From sequence record OK272486.1: a DNA stretch of 50,987 nucleotides. One strand, written 5' to 3'. The DNA comes from Escherichia phage JLBYU10. The notes beneath the pieces were generated by a model, which did not search any database, was not told where the DNA came from, and saw only the letters and a program-made list of their open reading frames with translations. Each line of letters opens with the position of its first letter. The first letter of the stretch is position 1. Positions 1 to 8,810 of this stretch are shown one piece after another. The translations under genes were made by a program, and so were the position numbers.

Positions 1-1
1 T

Positions 2-931
2 TTATAGCAGTGATTCGGGCTTGTAGAGTTTTCTTTCTACGCCCTGTTTAAAATTATCGTTAACAGGCATCATTATGTCAAGCCCTCTTTCCTCTGCCGC
101 GATTATCACATCACGATCATCTTTCCGGCAGACTACGCGCATTCTTCTTTCTCCTTTATATCTATGCGCAACCATTTCAAGATTTGAAGGAGTAAAACAG
201 GCCCACACCTCTTGACCAGTTGATAAATGAACATGCTGAGAATCAACCCAATCAAGGCACAAATAGATCGTCTTATCTGTGCTACCTGTTTTAACAACAG
301 ATCCGCGCGTGTAGTCGCGAGCTAAAAACCAATCCTTTCCATCCTCATCAATGAAAAGCACGTTACACATTTCATCATCCAGCCCGTCATCATGCACCAG
401 GTGACAAGGTAGCGCGTGAATGTATCGACCATCCTTGACGCCGCAATCATAATGACAATCTTCCGGCGGATATATCCCTTCATAAACACTTAAAGGTGTG
501 CGATCGAATTTTAATGTTTTTGCCATCACTTTTTCGCAGCATTCATGACTTGCCTGTTTCCCGAACGAGTAACCAGAAGAACGCGAAGCGCGTTTGTTTG
601 CTCTGATCCTGTAATCCTGCGGCACTTTTCCGAGGAAGCGGCCCAAAATGTTGATGGCCTCGCTGTAAGGTTCGCCAGTTAATTTCATTAACCAACCGAT
701 CCCCGTGTCGTTGCCGCATACGTTGCAGATCGCGCCGCCGTCGCCCTCTTCATTTAGCTTATCAGTCCATCTAAAACGATCCTTACCGCCGCAGTGTGGG
801 CAAGGTTGATGCTTTTTGTTGAAAACATCGCTATGCAGTCCGCAAATGCTTTGTAGTGCTTCACGCCATAACCCCTTCATATATGGCAAAACATCTTCTT
901 TCTGATAGGTCATAAAGTTTTCAGTATTCAT
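2..931 (-). CDS. DNA primase (zinc-ribbon plus TOPRIM-like domain)
   Basis: ORF 2..1009 trimmed to internal Met with GAGG RBS; CPHCGG...CNVCG zinc ribbon; YEG and FIDEDGKD acidic motifs resembling TOPRIM. Confidence 0.55.
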   Translation of the reverse strand: MNTENFMTYQKEDVLPYMKGLWREALQSICGLHSDVFNKKHQPCPHCGGKDRFRWTDKLNEEGDGGAICNVCGNDTGIGWLMKLTGEPYSEAINILGRFLGKVPQDYRIRANKRASRSSGYSFGKQASHECCEKVMAKTLKFDRTPLSVYEGIYPPEDCHYDCGVKDGRYIHALPCHLVHDDGLDDEMCNVLFIDEDGKDWFLARDYTRGSVVKTGSTDKTIYLCLDWVDSQHVHLSTGQEVWACFTPSNLEMVAHRYKGERRMRVVCRKDDRDVIIAAEERGLDIMMPVNDNFKQGVERKLYKPESLL

Positions 932-986
932 GGCAAACCTCAATAAAAAAGCCCAGCAAATATTATCATTTCGCTGAGCCTTATCA

Positions 987-1463
987 TTAGCTATTTGTGC
1001 TGTTATCACCTTTGTAGAATCGTCCGCCTGGTTCGTAGTCTGAATTTTTGACTACGCGCAACATCTCGTATTTGTCGCAACGGGTAGTAAGAGGCTTACC
1101 GTTAGAATCAAACCGCAGATCTGGACGACAAAATGATGCGCGGTATCCTTTGCATCCATTATATTTGTAGTCGTTATGCACCTTTTGTGCTCCAGCGGCT
1201 GAAATCATACCACGCTTTCGCCATTGGTTAACGACTTGCTGAGATACGCGTAGACGTCGAGCCATAGCAGGAACACCGCCATAATACTCGATCAGAATAT
1301 CCAAGCGAGATTTCAGGCTTGCTTTTACCTCATCTCGCAGGATAAGAAATCCGGTTCGGTGTTTTCGTGGCTTTTTGTCTTTACCTCGTCGCGTTCCGTT
1401 GTTACCGTTAATAGTGCGCTTGTCGATCTCACCCGTAGAAACCGCAATTCGTGCATCTTTCAT
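987..1463 (-). CDS. HTH DNA-binding protein (Cro/YdaS-like helix-turn-helix)
   Basis: ORF track; segment GGVPAMARRLRVSQQVVNQWRKRG looks like an HTH; basic N-terminus. Confidence 0.45.
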   Translation of the reverse strand: MKDARIAVSTGEIDKRTINGNNGTRRGKDKKPRKHRTGFLILRDEVKASLKSRLDILIEYYGGVPAMARRLRVSQQVVNQWRKRGMISAAGAQKVHNDYKYNGCKGYRASFCRPDLRFDSNGKPLTTRCDKYEMLRVVKNSDYEPGGRFYKGDNSTNS

Positions 1464-1474
1464 CTAGTCACCTC

Positions 1475-1518
1475 ATAGCATTTTTTGTTAAAACAGTTTA
1501 TTGTAATGAGTCTATTAT
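1475..1518 (+). promoter_or_regulatory. Motif-type promoter-like unit: ATAGCATTTTTTGTTAAAAC, 22-bp spacer, TATTAT
   Basis: Conserved motif copy in divergent intergenic region upstream of helicase gene; -10-like hexamer 22 bp after TTGTTA. Confidence 0.45.
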
Positions 1519-1550
1519 ATACTCCAAATGGCATTTTTTAAAGGTTTAAG

Positions 1551-3548
1551 ATGATTCCAAATATCGAAAAACAAATATCAGCGTTAGGCGAGGCAGTAAT
1601 AAAAAGCATCCAAGAGCGATTCACGGTTGGCAATATAGTGCCTTATCCTTATCAGTGCGTTGCGTATGCCGAGATCGCAAAGCGCATGAAAAACTATGAG
1701 CATCCTTTCTTTGTTAAGGCTTCTGTGTCGGCTGGCAAAACATTGATGTTTGCGATGGTTGCGGCGCAATGCCGAAAAATGGGATTGAAAATGATGGTCC
1801 TTGCTCGCCAGGCTGAAATTGTTGATCAGGATTCGGAAGAGATCAGCAATCTTGGAGTGCCAAACTCAATCTATTGCGCCGGACTGAAAACAAAAAGCGC
1901 ATACTTTCCGATCGTGGTCGGTTCTGAGGGCACTGTAGTAAACGGATTGTTTAAGTCGTTAGGTGATTATGTTCCGCACGTTATCGGTATTGATGAATGT
2001 CACCAGGTGGATTGGGAGGATCTCGCGGACGCGATAGAAAATAATGAATCTTACCAGCAGATGACCACTAAGAAGGATTTGCCTGTACTGATTGGAGAAG
2101 AACAGCAATTTGATTCCAATGGCGATCCAATGTTCGGAACAGGGCGCACACAGTACACCGTAATAATCATGGAAATGATGCGCAGGTGTCGCGAGGCATA
2201 CGGGCACGAATTGCGAATATTCGGTATGACTGGATCTGAGTTTCGCGGCGTGGTTCCAATACTGGTTGAAGATAAGAACAAAAAGGGATTCTGGCGTGAG
2301 CAGGTGACTAACATAGACACAAACTACTTAATCAAATTTGGTTCGGTAGTGCCAACAAATTTCGGCGACGTAGGCGACCTGGGGTATGACCTTTCAGAGT
2401 TCGAAGCCAGTAGCGAGGATGGCGTTTCAGACTTTGACGCTAAAACATTGCGCAAGATGGAAGAAAAGATCCATCAAGACGCAACAATGACACAGAAAAT
2501 CATGGCTAAAGTCCATGAGATATGCAAAGACAGGAACGGAGTTTTAGTTACATGCGCAGGGGAAAGGCACTGCAATGAGGCCGCCGCCGCACTGCCGCCA
2601 GGCGTTGAATACAGGATCATAACTGGCAAGACTGGAGATAATCAGCGTAAAGAGTGGCTGAGGGAGGCATACGAGGGAAAAGTAAAATACATCTTCCAGG
2701 TACAGGCGCTTACCACTGGCGTTAACGTTCCGTTTTGGGATACTTCGGTAATACTGAGAAAGATAGGATCTCTAACATTGCTTATCCAGCTTTTGGGGCG
2801 CGGCATGCGACTGCTTAAGCAATGGCACATTGAGCAGGGATTCAAGAAAAAAGATCATCTTGTATTGGATTTTGCAGGTACTATGGATGAGTTAGGTGAT
2901 TTGTATTTCGATCCAATCCTTGAGCAAGCGCAATTTCAAAAGAGATTTACAAACGGGAAAGAGCCTAAGACTTGCCCGATATGTGGAACGCTAAACAGCT
3001 TTTACGCTCGCCGATGTATGCAAGTAGACGATAACGGGAAGCGATGTGAGCATTTTTGGACTTACAGAATTTGCGAGGACCAGGTAGATCCGAGAACGAA
3101 AAAGATAATCAAGCGCGGCTGCGGAACAAAAAACGACGTAGTGGCGAGAGTATGCCGTTGTTGCGATATTTCTCTTATCGATCCTAACGAGAAGTTAAGC
3201 GGTAAGCACTACACCAAAAACGATTGGTGCAACGTTAAATCTTTCCGCGTTGATATGACGAAAAACCAGAAAGGAATTATTTTTTGCTATGAGCTTGAGG
3301 CCAACGGCGACACGTTCAAGGCATACGAAAGATTTTTCCCTGAGTCAGAAAGCAACATTTGCCGGACGATATGGAGAAAAATAGCATTGCAGCACATACC
3401 GGATCGCAAGATTGCTGGTATGGTGGCGAGCTATAGAAATGCTCGTAAAATAATGTCATACGCTCATCACATCATGCCGCCTGTACGCGTAACGCATCGC
3501 AAAAACGGCAAAGGTGAGGATAACATTGCAAAACGGGAGTTTGTTTAA
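1551..3548 (+). CDS. SF2 DNA helicase with C-terminal Cys-rich zinc-binding region
   Basis: Walker A-like SAGKT, motif II IDECH, helicase C-terminal-like region, multiple CxxC near C-terminus. Confidence 0.65.
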   Translation: MIPNIEKQISALGEAVIKSIQERFTVGNIVPYPYQCVAYAEIAKRMKNYEHPFFVKASVSAGKTLMFAMVAAQCRKMGLKMMVLARQAEIVDQDSEEISNLGVPNSIYCAGLKTKSAYFPIVVGSEGTVVNGLFKSLGDYVPHVIGIDECHQVDWEDLADAIENNESYQQMTTKKDLPVLIGEEQQFDSNGDPMFGTGRTQYTVIIMEMMRRCREAYGHELRIFGMTGSEFRGVVPILVEDKNKKGFWREQVTNIDTNYLIKFGSVVPTNFGDVGDLGYDLSEFEASSEDGVSDFDAKTLRKMEEKIHQDATMTQKIMAKVHEICKDRNGVLVTCAGERHCNEAAAALPPGVEYRIITGKTGDNQRKEWLREAYEGKVKYIFQVQALTTGVNVPFWDTSVILRKIGSLTLLIQLLGRGMRLLKQWHIEQGFKKKDHLVLDFAGTMDELGDLYFDPILEQAQFQKRFTNGKEPKTCPICGTLNSFYARRCMQVDDNGKRCEHFWTYRICEDQVDPRTKKIIKRGCGTKNDVVARVCRCCDISLIDPNEKLSGKHYTKNDWCNVKSFRVDMTKNQKGIIFCYELEANGDTFKAYERFFPESESNICRTIWRKIALQHIPDRKIAGMVASYRNARKIMSYAHHIMPPVRVTHRKNGKGEDNIAKREFV

Positions 3549-3967
3549 TGGCTATAACTGATAAAGGAGATTATCTTGAGTTTTACGAAAGAGATCCAAC
3601 CGACACGAGAAAGGAAGTTAATCACCAGATAGATAGCTTTCAGTGGTTGACTTATGCTCATCCTTATTTGCTAGCGTGGCATACGGTAAACGAGAATGAG
3701 AAGTCGAAAGTAACGGCGATGATTGATCAGCAGTCCGGCTTGGTTAAGGGGGTAAGCGATTTCATCATCCTGATTGGTTCAAACGGAAAATACCCCTTTG
3801 CAGCGATTGAGATCAAACGAGTGAATAAATCAGGCAAGGGGAAAGCATCACCAGTCAGCGATGAACAAAAGGCTTTTTTGCGTCGCGTTCGCAGCTTAGG
3901 AGGATTCGCTGCGGTCGCCTACGGATTTAATCAGTTTAAGTTAGCTATTGAATACATGCTTAAATAG
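3548..3967 (+). CDS. VRR-NUC domain nuclease
   Basis: ATGA start-stop overlap with helicase; SDFIIL...AIEIKR...DEQKAF...GG.AAVAYG pattern typical of VRR-NUC. Confidence 0.6.
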   Translation: MAITDKGDYLEFYERDPTDTRKEVNHQIDSFQWLTYAHPYLLAWHTVNENEKSKVTAMIDQQSGLVKGVSDFIILIGSNGKYPFAAIEIKRVNKSGKGKASPVSDEQKAFLRRVRSLGGFAAVAYGFNQFKLAIEYMLK

Positions 3968-4007
3968 CACTTTTTGTTAAAACTGGCGCGATGGATTGCG
4001 CCATAAT
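3964..4007 (+). promoter_or_regulatory. Motif-type promoter-like unit: ATAGCACTTTTTGTTAAAAC, hairpin in 22-bp spacer, CATAAT
   Basis: Motif overlaps TAG stop of VRR-NUC gene; GGCGC..GCGCC stem in spacer; -10-like hexamer at fixed distance. Confidence 0.5.
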
Positions 4008-4020
4008 TCAATAACACGAG

Positions 4021-4773
4021 ATGGCTTTTAATAGCGGAGAAATGAAAATGGCTAAAGATATTTTAGATAAAGACACCCATGACGCATTTGTTAGCTTTGA
4101 GCAGTTGGAGAGAGAAACGTTTATAGGAAATGCTCTTGCAACTGGAGGCCATTACCAGGCAGTAAAGCCAAATCAATATTATAAGGTAAGCGGCAACCGA
4201 TACGCTGGAAGCACTACGCCGGACGTTGTGCGCGATATGTGGAGCACACCTCAAGAGATCGTGGAGTGGATGGAATCAGAATTTGGCGAATACGATCTCG
4301 ACGCGGCAGCAAGCCAGGAAAACGCAGTTTGCGAGAAGTTCTATAGCAAGGAAACAAACTGCTTAAAGAGTTGGTGGGGTAGCAACAAGCACGTATGGCT
4401 TAACCCGCCGTACAGCAACCCAACTCCATTTATCAAGAAAGCAATTGAGCAAATGGAGCACAACAACCAAATTGATGTTTTGTTGCCATCCGACAACTCT
4501 ACAGCATGGTTTTATGAGGCGCAGCAAAACGCGGCTGAAATCATCTGGATCACTGGCGAGGTTTACGAAGAGGGGGGAGTGGAATATTCCCGCACCGGAA
4601 GAATCGCCTTTGTGTCTGGATTGACTGGCGAGCCTGTACAGGGCAACAATAAGGGAAGCGTGATTTTTGTCATGCGCAAACTTAAAGAAGGCGAGGAGCA
4701 GAAAACGCGATACGTTAAGATCAGCGATATTTGCCCCTCTGTAAACGAACGCCGCGCGCGCAAACGGAGCTAA
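4021..4773 (+). CDS. DNA N6-adenine methyltransferase (Dam-like, NPPY motif)
   Basis: WLNPPYSNP catalytic motif; alternative start at 4045 has better RBS. Confidence 0.65.
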   Translation: MAFNSGEMKMAKDILDKDTHDAFVSFEQLERETFIGNALATGGHYQAVKPNQYYKVSGNRYAGSTTPDVVRDMWSTPQEIVEWMESEFGEYDLDAAASQENAVCEKFYSKETNCLKSWWGSNKHVWLNPPYSNPTPFIKKAIEQMEHNNQIDVLLPSDNSTAWFYEAQQNAAEIIWITGEVYEEGGVEYSRTGRIAFVSGLTGEPVQGNNKGSVIFVMRKLKEGEEQKTRYVKISDICPSVNERRARKRS

Positions 4774-4777
4774 CACG

Positions 4778-5035
4778 ATGAAAAAAGAGAGAAGCGTTTA
4801 TTTAAATGAAACTGGCGAGTGGTTGTTATTTCGCGCTATGGTGTGCGATGCACTTGATAAAAACCCTAACGTGAAAAAGATGATTGATTGCGATCCGTGG
4901 GAATTTTCAAGCGCATTAGATATGAGCTTTGATGAGACAAGAAAACTCCCTCTTGAAAAATGGCACGAACAAATCAGAAATGATATGCAAGAGTTTGTAG
5001 ATTCGTGGAATTTTCAGAACGGAATGATCCACTAA
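4778..5035 (+). CDS. hypothetical protein
   Basis: ORF track; ACGGAG RBS; tightly packed. Confidence 0.45.
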   Translation: MKKERSVYLNETGEWLLFRAMVCDALDKNPNVKKMIDCDPWEFSSALDMSFDETRKLPLEKWHEQIRNDMQEFVDSWNFQNGMIH

Positions 5036-5078
5036 TGGCACTTTTTGTTAAAACGCCCGGCATTTTGTCGGGCATAAT
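5036..5078 (+). promoter_or_regulatory. Motif-type promoter-like unit: TGGCACTTTTTGTTAAAAC, hairpin GCCCGGC..CGGGC, CATAAT
   Basis: Motif immediately after TAA stop; 22-bp spacer with stem-loop; -10-like hexamer. Confidence 0.5.
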
Positions 5079-5104
5079 TATTTCATCGAAACGAACGTGA
5101 GGAA

Positions 5105-5290
5105 ATGAAAATGGTAGTATATAGCAAGAAAGCATTTGACCAGGCGCAACAAGCCGCACGCGAGGCGGTAAAAGGTGGAACGAAAAACAATATGCAGCTT
5201 GATTGGGGCGCTGCAATGATTCTACTTCGCGTTGCATATGGTCACTACCCATTAGAATTTGCGGAGGCATATTATAAGCATGAAGGTTGA
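5105..5290 (+). CDS. hypothetical protein
   Basis: ORF track; GAGGAAATGAAAATG RBS context. Confidence 0.4.
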   Translation: MKMVVYSKKAFDQAQQAAREAVKGGTKNNMQLDWGAAMILLRVAYGHYPLEFAEAYYKHEG

Positions 5291-5522
5291 ACAAGGTAGA
5301 GAGGCGGTATGGAATCACGCTAAAGAATGCGGAATAGCCGACGATATAAAGAAGATCGCGCAATACTTTGATATTGCAGATGTGAGCATAATTAGCGGCG
5401 ACAAGATGACTTTCCTCAAGGAAAGGCCGCGAAAAATGGTAAGAGTTCCAGCAGTTCCAACAAAAATTGATTTCAAAGAGGCAATGGCTAAAATCCGAGA
5501 GCCTCGCAAATATTATAAATGA
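5280..5522 (+). CDS. hypothetical protein
   Basis: ORF 5259..5522 trimmed to Met overlapping upstream stop. Confidence 0.35.
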   Translation: MKVEQGREAVWNHAKECGIADDIKKIAQYFDIADVSIISGDKMTFLKERPRKMVRVPAVPTKIDFKEAMAKIREPRKYYK

Positions 5523-5616
5523 GGATAGTTATCATGTGGCGCTTGTTTGTTCTACCGTTACCCGTTATCATCGCTGTTACAGTTATGTACCATATAGTGA
5601 TGAGATAGGTAGCAGA

Positions 5617-6732
5617 ATGAAAAATGTAAAAATTACAGATGAGCAATTCAAGATCGAACGGGCGGCGGGTAAGACATATAAACAGATCGCTCAAGAGTAC
5701 GGAATGAATGTTAGAAGCGTCGAGCGTCGCGCGGCGCGTCTTGCAAAGCAAGGCCAGGTATCCACCATTGGAGCGCCTGGTTTTGGCGTTCATGGTGAGT
5801 CAGTAATGACTGACAAAGAAGGCAACATAATCCTAAAGTGGACTAAAACCAGCAAGGATAAAGAGCAATTAGAAGCATTAATGCGCGCAGCAATGGAGGC
5901 ATTTAGCGAGGAAGTGCCGCGATTAGATCCGGTTCCATTACAGGAGCGCGACTATAACGAAACGCTTTCCTTGTATCCGATCTTTGACATGCACTTAGGC
6001 GCTATGGCCCATAAGCACGAATGCGGCGAAAATTGGGATACTGCCACGGCAGAGCGCGTTATGAATAACTTTATCGACTATGCTTTAATGTGCGCACCGG
6101 ATAGCGAAAAGGCTGTCATCCTGATTGGTGGCGATATGCTGCATAGCGACGGCCTGGAGGCGGTTACACCTGCAAGCGGTCACGTACTGGATCAAGATAG
6201 TCGATATGCAAAATTGGTTTACGTTGCCATCCGTGCAATGCGACGCGCAATCAATAAAATGTTGTTAAAGCATAAACATGTTGAAGTCCAGATCGTAGAG
6301 GGAAATCATGACCAATCAGGAATGATTTGGCTGCGCGCAGCAATGGCGGCAGCATATGAAAACGAGCCGCGCGTTTACGTTGATGTTTCACCTCGCGTTG
6401 TGCACCACACGCAATACGGAAAAACTTTCCTTGCGTACCATCACGGGCACACAGTGCGTAAACCGGAGACTTTGCTAATGATGTGCGCGTCAGATTGGCG
6501 GGAGGACTTCGGAAACTCAAAAACGATGTATGCGCACGTAGGGCACTGGCATCACCAGACCGTGACAGAAACGTCGCTTGGCATCGTTGAGGTGCATAGC
6601 ACCCTGGCGGCAAAAGACGCATACGCCGCGCGCGGTGGCTGGAGATCTCGACGCCGTGCGGCGGTTATCATTTACGACAAAGAGCATGGAGAGGTGGGGA
6701 GATTTGTTCACTATCCAGAAATGATGAATTGA
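5617..6732 (+). CDS. calcineurin-like metallophosphoesterase with N-terminal HTH
   Basis: GDMLHSD and VEGNHD phosphoesterase-type motifs; N-terminal YKQIAQEYGMNVRSVERRAARL HTH-like; start chosen inside ORF 5467..6732. Confidence 0.45.
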   Translation: MKNVKITDEQFKIERAAGKTYKQIAQEYGMNVRSVERRAARLAKQGQVSTIGAPGFGVHGESVMTDKEGNIILKWTKTSKDKEQLEALMRAAMEAFSEEVPRLDPVPLQERDYNETLSLYPIFDMHLGAMAHKHECGENWDTATAERVMNNFIDYALMCAPDSEKAVILIGGDMLHSDGLEAVTPASGHVLDQDSRYAKLVYVAIRAMRRAINKMLLKHKHVEVQIVEGNHDQSGMIWLRAAMAAAYENEPRVYVDVSPRVVHHTQYGKTFLAYHHGHTVRKPETLLMMCASDWREDFGNSKTMYAHVGHWHHQTVTETSLGIVEVHSTLAAKDAYAARGGWRSRRRAAVIIYDKEHGEVGRFVHYPEMMN

Positions 6733-6778
6733 TGAATTTTTATTTAAATCAATGACAAATTAAATCAAAAACTTGCAA

Positions 6779-6808
6779 AGGGGCGGCGTTTGTCGCCTCT
6801 TTTTTTTG
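6779..6808 (+). terminator. rho-independent terminator
   Basis: GC stem AGGGGCG/CGCCTCT followed by run of 8 T. Confidence 0.55.
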
Positions 6809-6878
6809 TTTAATTTTTTTACCATGTACGTTTATCATGCGGTCAATATATTGACTTTAATTAATATGGAGAATAAAA

Positions 6879-7094
6879 ATGAAAGATTTTATTAACGCAG
6901 CTACCGCCGGATCTGGCGGTTCATCTATCGCAAGCGCCGCTACAGGGCAGTTAACCATTGCTATTGCCAGCTTTGTTTTAATGGCTGCATTCGGTGCATG
7001 GGGCGCTTACCTTCGCTGGCGTGATAGTAAAAAATTCCACGAGGCGATCGAAAAAGGTGATATTCAAAAAGCTATTGAGATCAGGGGCAAGTAA
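6879..7094 (+). CDS. holin
   Basis: 71 aa, hydrophobic helix [20 protein letters not shown], charged C-terminus, directly upstream of endolysin. Confidence 0.55.
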   Translation: MKDFINAATAGSGGSSIASAATGQLTIAIASFVLMAAFGAWGAYLRWRDSKKFHEAIEKGDIQKAIEIRGK

Positions 7095-7588
7095 TGAGCA
7101 TAAAGAACAGGGTAGCGGCTGCGGCCTTTGGCGTTGCGGTTGCCTTGACTTCTCCACTTCTTGAAGAGATCGAAGGGGTAAGATACAAGCCATACAAAGA
7201 TATTGCGGGGGTATGGACGGTTTGCGCAGGAATCACCGGACCCGATGTTATCCTGGGGAAAACGTACACTAAAAAAGAGTGTGATGCTTTGTTGGCTAAG
7301 CATATCCAGGTTGCTAAAAAGGAAGTTGACAAGCAAGTTAAGGTTGACATTCCTGATAGTATGCGTGCAGCAATGTACTCATTCACTTACAATGCAGGTG
7401 TGGGAGCTTTCAGAAATTCAACAATGCTGAAACTCATCAATCAGGGGAAATTAAACGAGGCTTGCGATCAGCTTTATCGTTGGACTTATTACCATAACCC
7501 AAAAACAGGAAAGCGCGAGAAGTCTAAAGGCTTACTTAACAGGCGCAAGGTCGAATACAAATATTGCACAATGGATCTTAAATTATGA
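7094..7588 (+). CDS. endolysin, lysozyme-type with N-terminal signal-anchor-release (SAR) segment
   Basis: E...C/D...T catalytic spacing EG..YKPYKD..G.WT.C.GIT as in phage lysozymes; hydrophobic N-terminus [13 protein letters not shown]. Confidence 0.7.
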   Translation: MSIKNRVAAAAFGVAVALTSPLLEEIEGVRYKPYKDIAGVWTVCAGITGPDVILGKTYTKKECDALLAKHIQVAKKEVDKQVKVDIPDSMRAAMYSFTYNAGVGAFRNSTMLKLINQGKLNEACDQLYRWTYYHNPKTGKREKSKGLLNRRKVEYKYCTMDLKL

Positions 7589-7977
7589 AGAAATTTTTAC
7601 TTACACCAATCGCAATGGCGGTGATCTTGTCTGGATGTTCAAGCGTTACGCCACTGACCGGATTAATCGGCAGTAAGCCGGAAATCACAGCGCAGGCTGG
7701 CGCGGAGAACGTGAAGCAGACAGTTGGCATTACAGCAAGGCAGGACGCCAGCACAAAACAGGAAACCACAATAAAGGAATCTGCGGTTGACAAGGTGGAC
7801 ACGTCCAGCAAGAAGGATTTCACAACATCAACCATTCAGGCCAATACCATCAAGGCAGACAAAATTCAGGTCGTGCAGGGTAATAACGGCAGATGGTACG
7901 ATCCAGTAATCATATGCGTGGTTGTGTTTCTTGTGCTGATTTGTCTTTACTGGATAGAAAAGAAAAAGGAGGCTTAA
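7585..7977 (+). CDS. unimolecular spanin (u-spanin)
   Basis: N-terminal lipobox ILSGCSS plus C-terminal transmembrane helix [16 protein letters not shown]; ATGA overlap with endolysin; architecture of T1 gp11. Confidence 0.6.
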   Translation: MKKFLLTPIAMAVILSGCSSVTPLTGLIGSKPEITAQAGAENVKQTVGITARQDASTKQETTIKESAVDKVDTSSKKDFTTSTIQANTIKADKIQVVQGNNGRWYDPVIICVVVFLVLICLYWIEKKKEA

Positions 7978-7995
7978 CGCCTCCTTTATTTTTAT
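7960..7995. terminator. bidirectional rho-independent terminator between convergent genes
   Basis: AGGAGGC/GCCTCCT stem flanked by A-run and T-run. Confidence 0.5.
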
Positions 7996-8216
7996 GCGTC
8001 GGGCCACATATGGCTTTCGTTTGTTGGCTTGTTCGATTCGTCGTACTGCCTTACTTCAATGCTGCAAGTGTCGCCGTATAGTCCTGCAATCTTGCGCTCA
8101 TTTTCAACCGCCGATTGCTCACTCCAGCCTGAATCCTTATCGTAAACTGTCGGGATTTCAGAAGAAGATCCATTTGCATGATTGTATACGCGAACTACTA
8201 AAAACTTGCTGGACAT
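7992..8216 (-). CDS. hypothetical protein
   Basis: ORF 7992..8267 trimmed to Met with AAAGGAAAA RBS downstream of motif promoter. Confidence 0.4.
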   Translation of the reverse strand: MSSKFLVVRVYNHANGSSSEIPTVYDKDSGWSEQSAVENERKIAGLYGDTCSIEVRQYDESNKPTNESHMWPDA

Positions 8217-8253
8217 AATTTTTCCTTTTTGGTTGTTTCGTTTCGATGAAACA

Positions 8254-8297
8254 AATATACCCGACACTAGGCCGGGCGTTTTAACAAAAAATGCTAT
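8254..8297 (-). promoter_or_regulatory. Motif-type promoter-like unit (minus strand): ATAGCATTTTTTGTTAAAAC, 22-bp spacer, TATATT
   Basis: Reverse-complement motif overlapping TAG stop of upstream minus-strand ORF. Confidence 0.45.
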
Positions 8298-8488
8298 TCA
8301 ATACGCTTTAACGTAACCAGTAATACACCATCATCATTGCATAAAACATGTTCAGTGGTGCTAAAAGCGCGCATATCTGAATAAAGCAGCGTAAGTAACG
8401 CATGAATAAAATCCTCATGTGAGATTGAATTTACGGCGCAGTGCTTCAAGATCTTGTCTATTAGCTTTTGCCTGGAACAATTCATCAT
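8294..8488 (-). CDS. hypothetical protein (overlaps upstream gene by ~74 bp)
   Basis: ORF track; GGGGAG RBS; stop embedded in motif like other real genes. Confidence 0.3.
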   Translation of the reverse strand: MMNCSRQKLIDKILKHCAVNSISHEDFIHALLTLLYSDMRAFSTTEHVLCNDDGVLLVTLKRIE

Positions 8489-8810
8489 CGCCCATCTCCC
8501 CTATTCTAGCCATATCCCTGATCCAGTCGTTGCGCATACCATCCAGGCTATACAATTCGAATCCGAAAGGCCGCTTTGACGATCCTTTGGACCAGTATTT
8601 TCCGCAGACTCCATCTATATAACCAGCCGTCATCATTCTTGCGCAAAATTCCTTAGATGCAAGGCTGGCGAACATTCGCGGCGTAAGTCCGGCGGCCCGT
8701 GCGAGCCGCTCACATTCTCTATGCTGATAGATAAATTTGGCTATGTGCTGCCTGTTAAACCAGTCGTATGACTCACACCATTTATACAGATCAAGCAAAA
8801 ACATAATCAT
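8415..8810 (-). CDS. hypothetical protein
   Basis: ORF track; ATGA overlap with upstream 526-aa gene. Confidence 0.45.
   Translation of the reverse strand: MIMFLLDLYKWCESYDWFNRQHIAKFIYQHRECERLARAAGLTPRMFASLASKEFCARMMTAGYIDGVCGKYWSKGSSKRPFGFELYSLDGMRNDWIRDMARIGEMGDDELFQAKANRQDLEALRRKFNLT

Noticed and set aside
1584-2845. Antisense ORFs 1584..1769, 1959..2207, 2051..2320, 2642..2845
   Set aside because: Lie wholly inside the helicase gene on the opposite strand, with no RBS and implausible composition.
3985-4002. Hairpins downstream of motif copies read as rho-independent terminators
   Set aside because: Most lack a following T-tract, and a -10-like hexamer sits in or next to the loop; true terminators elsewhere in the genome have clear T-runs.
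5467-5616. Upstream extension of the metallophosphoesterase ORF to 5467
   Set aside because: Would overlap the preceding gene by 56 bp in another frame and the N-terminal 50 residues look non-protein-like; the internal Met at 5617 is preferred, at low confidence.
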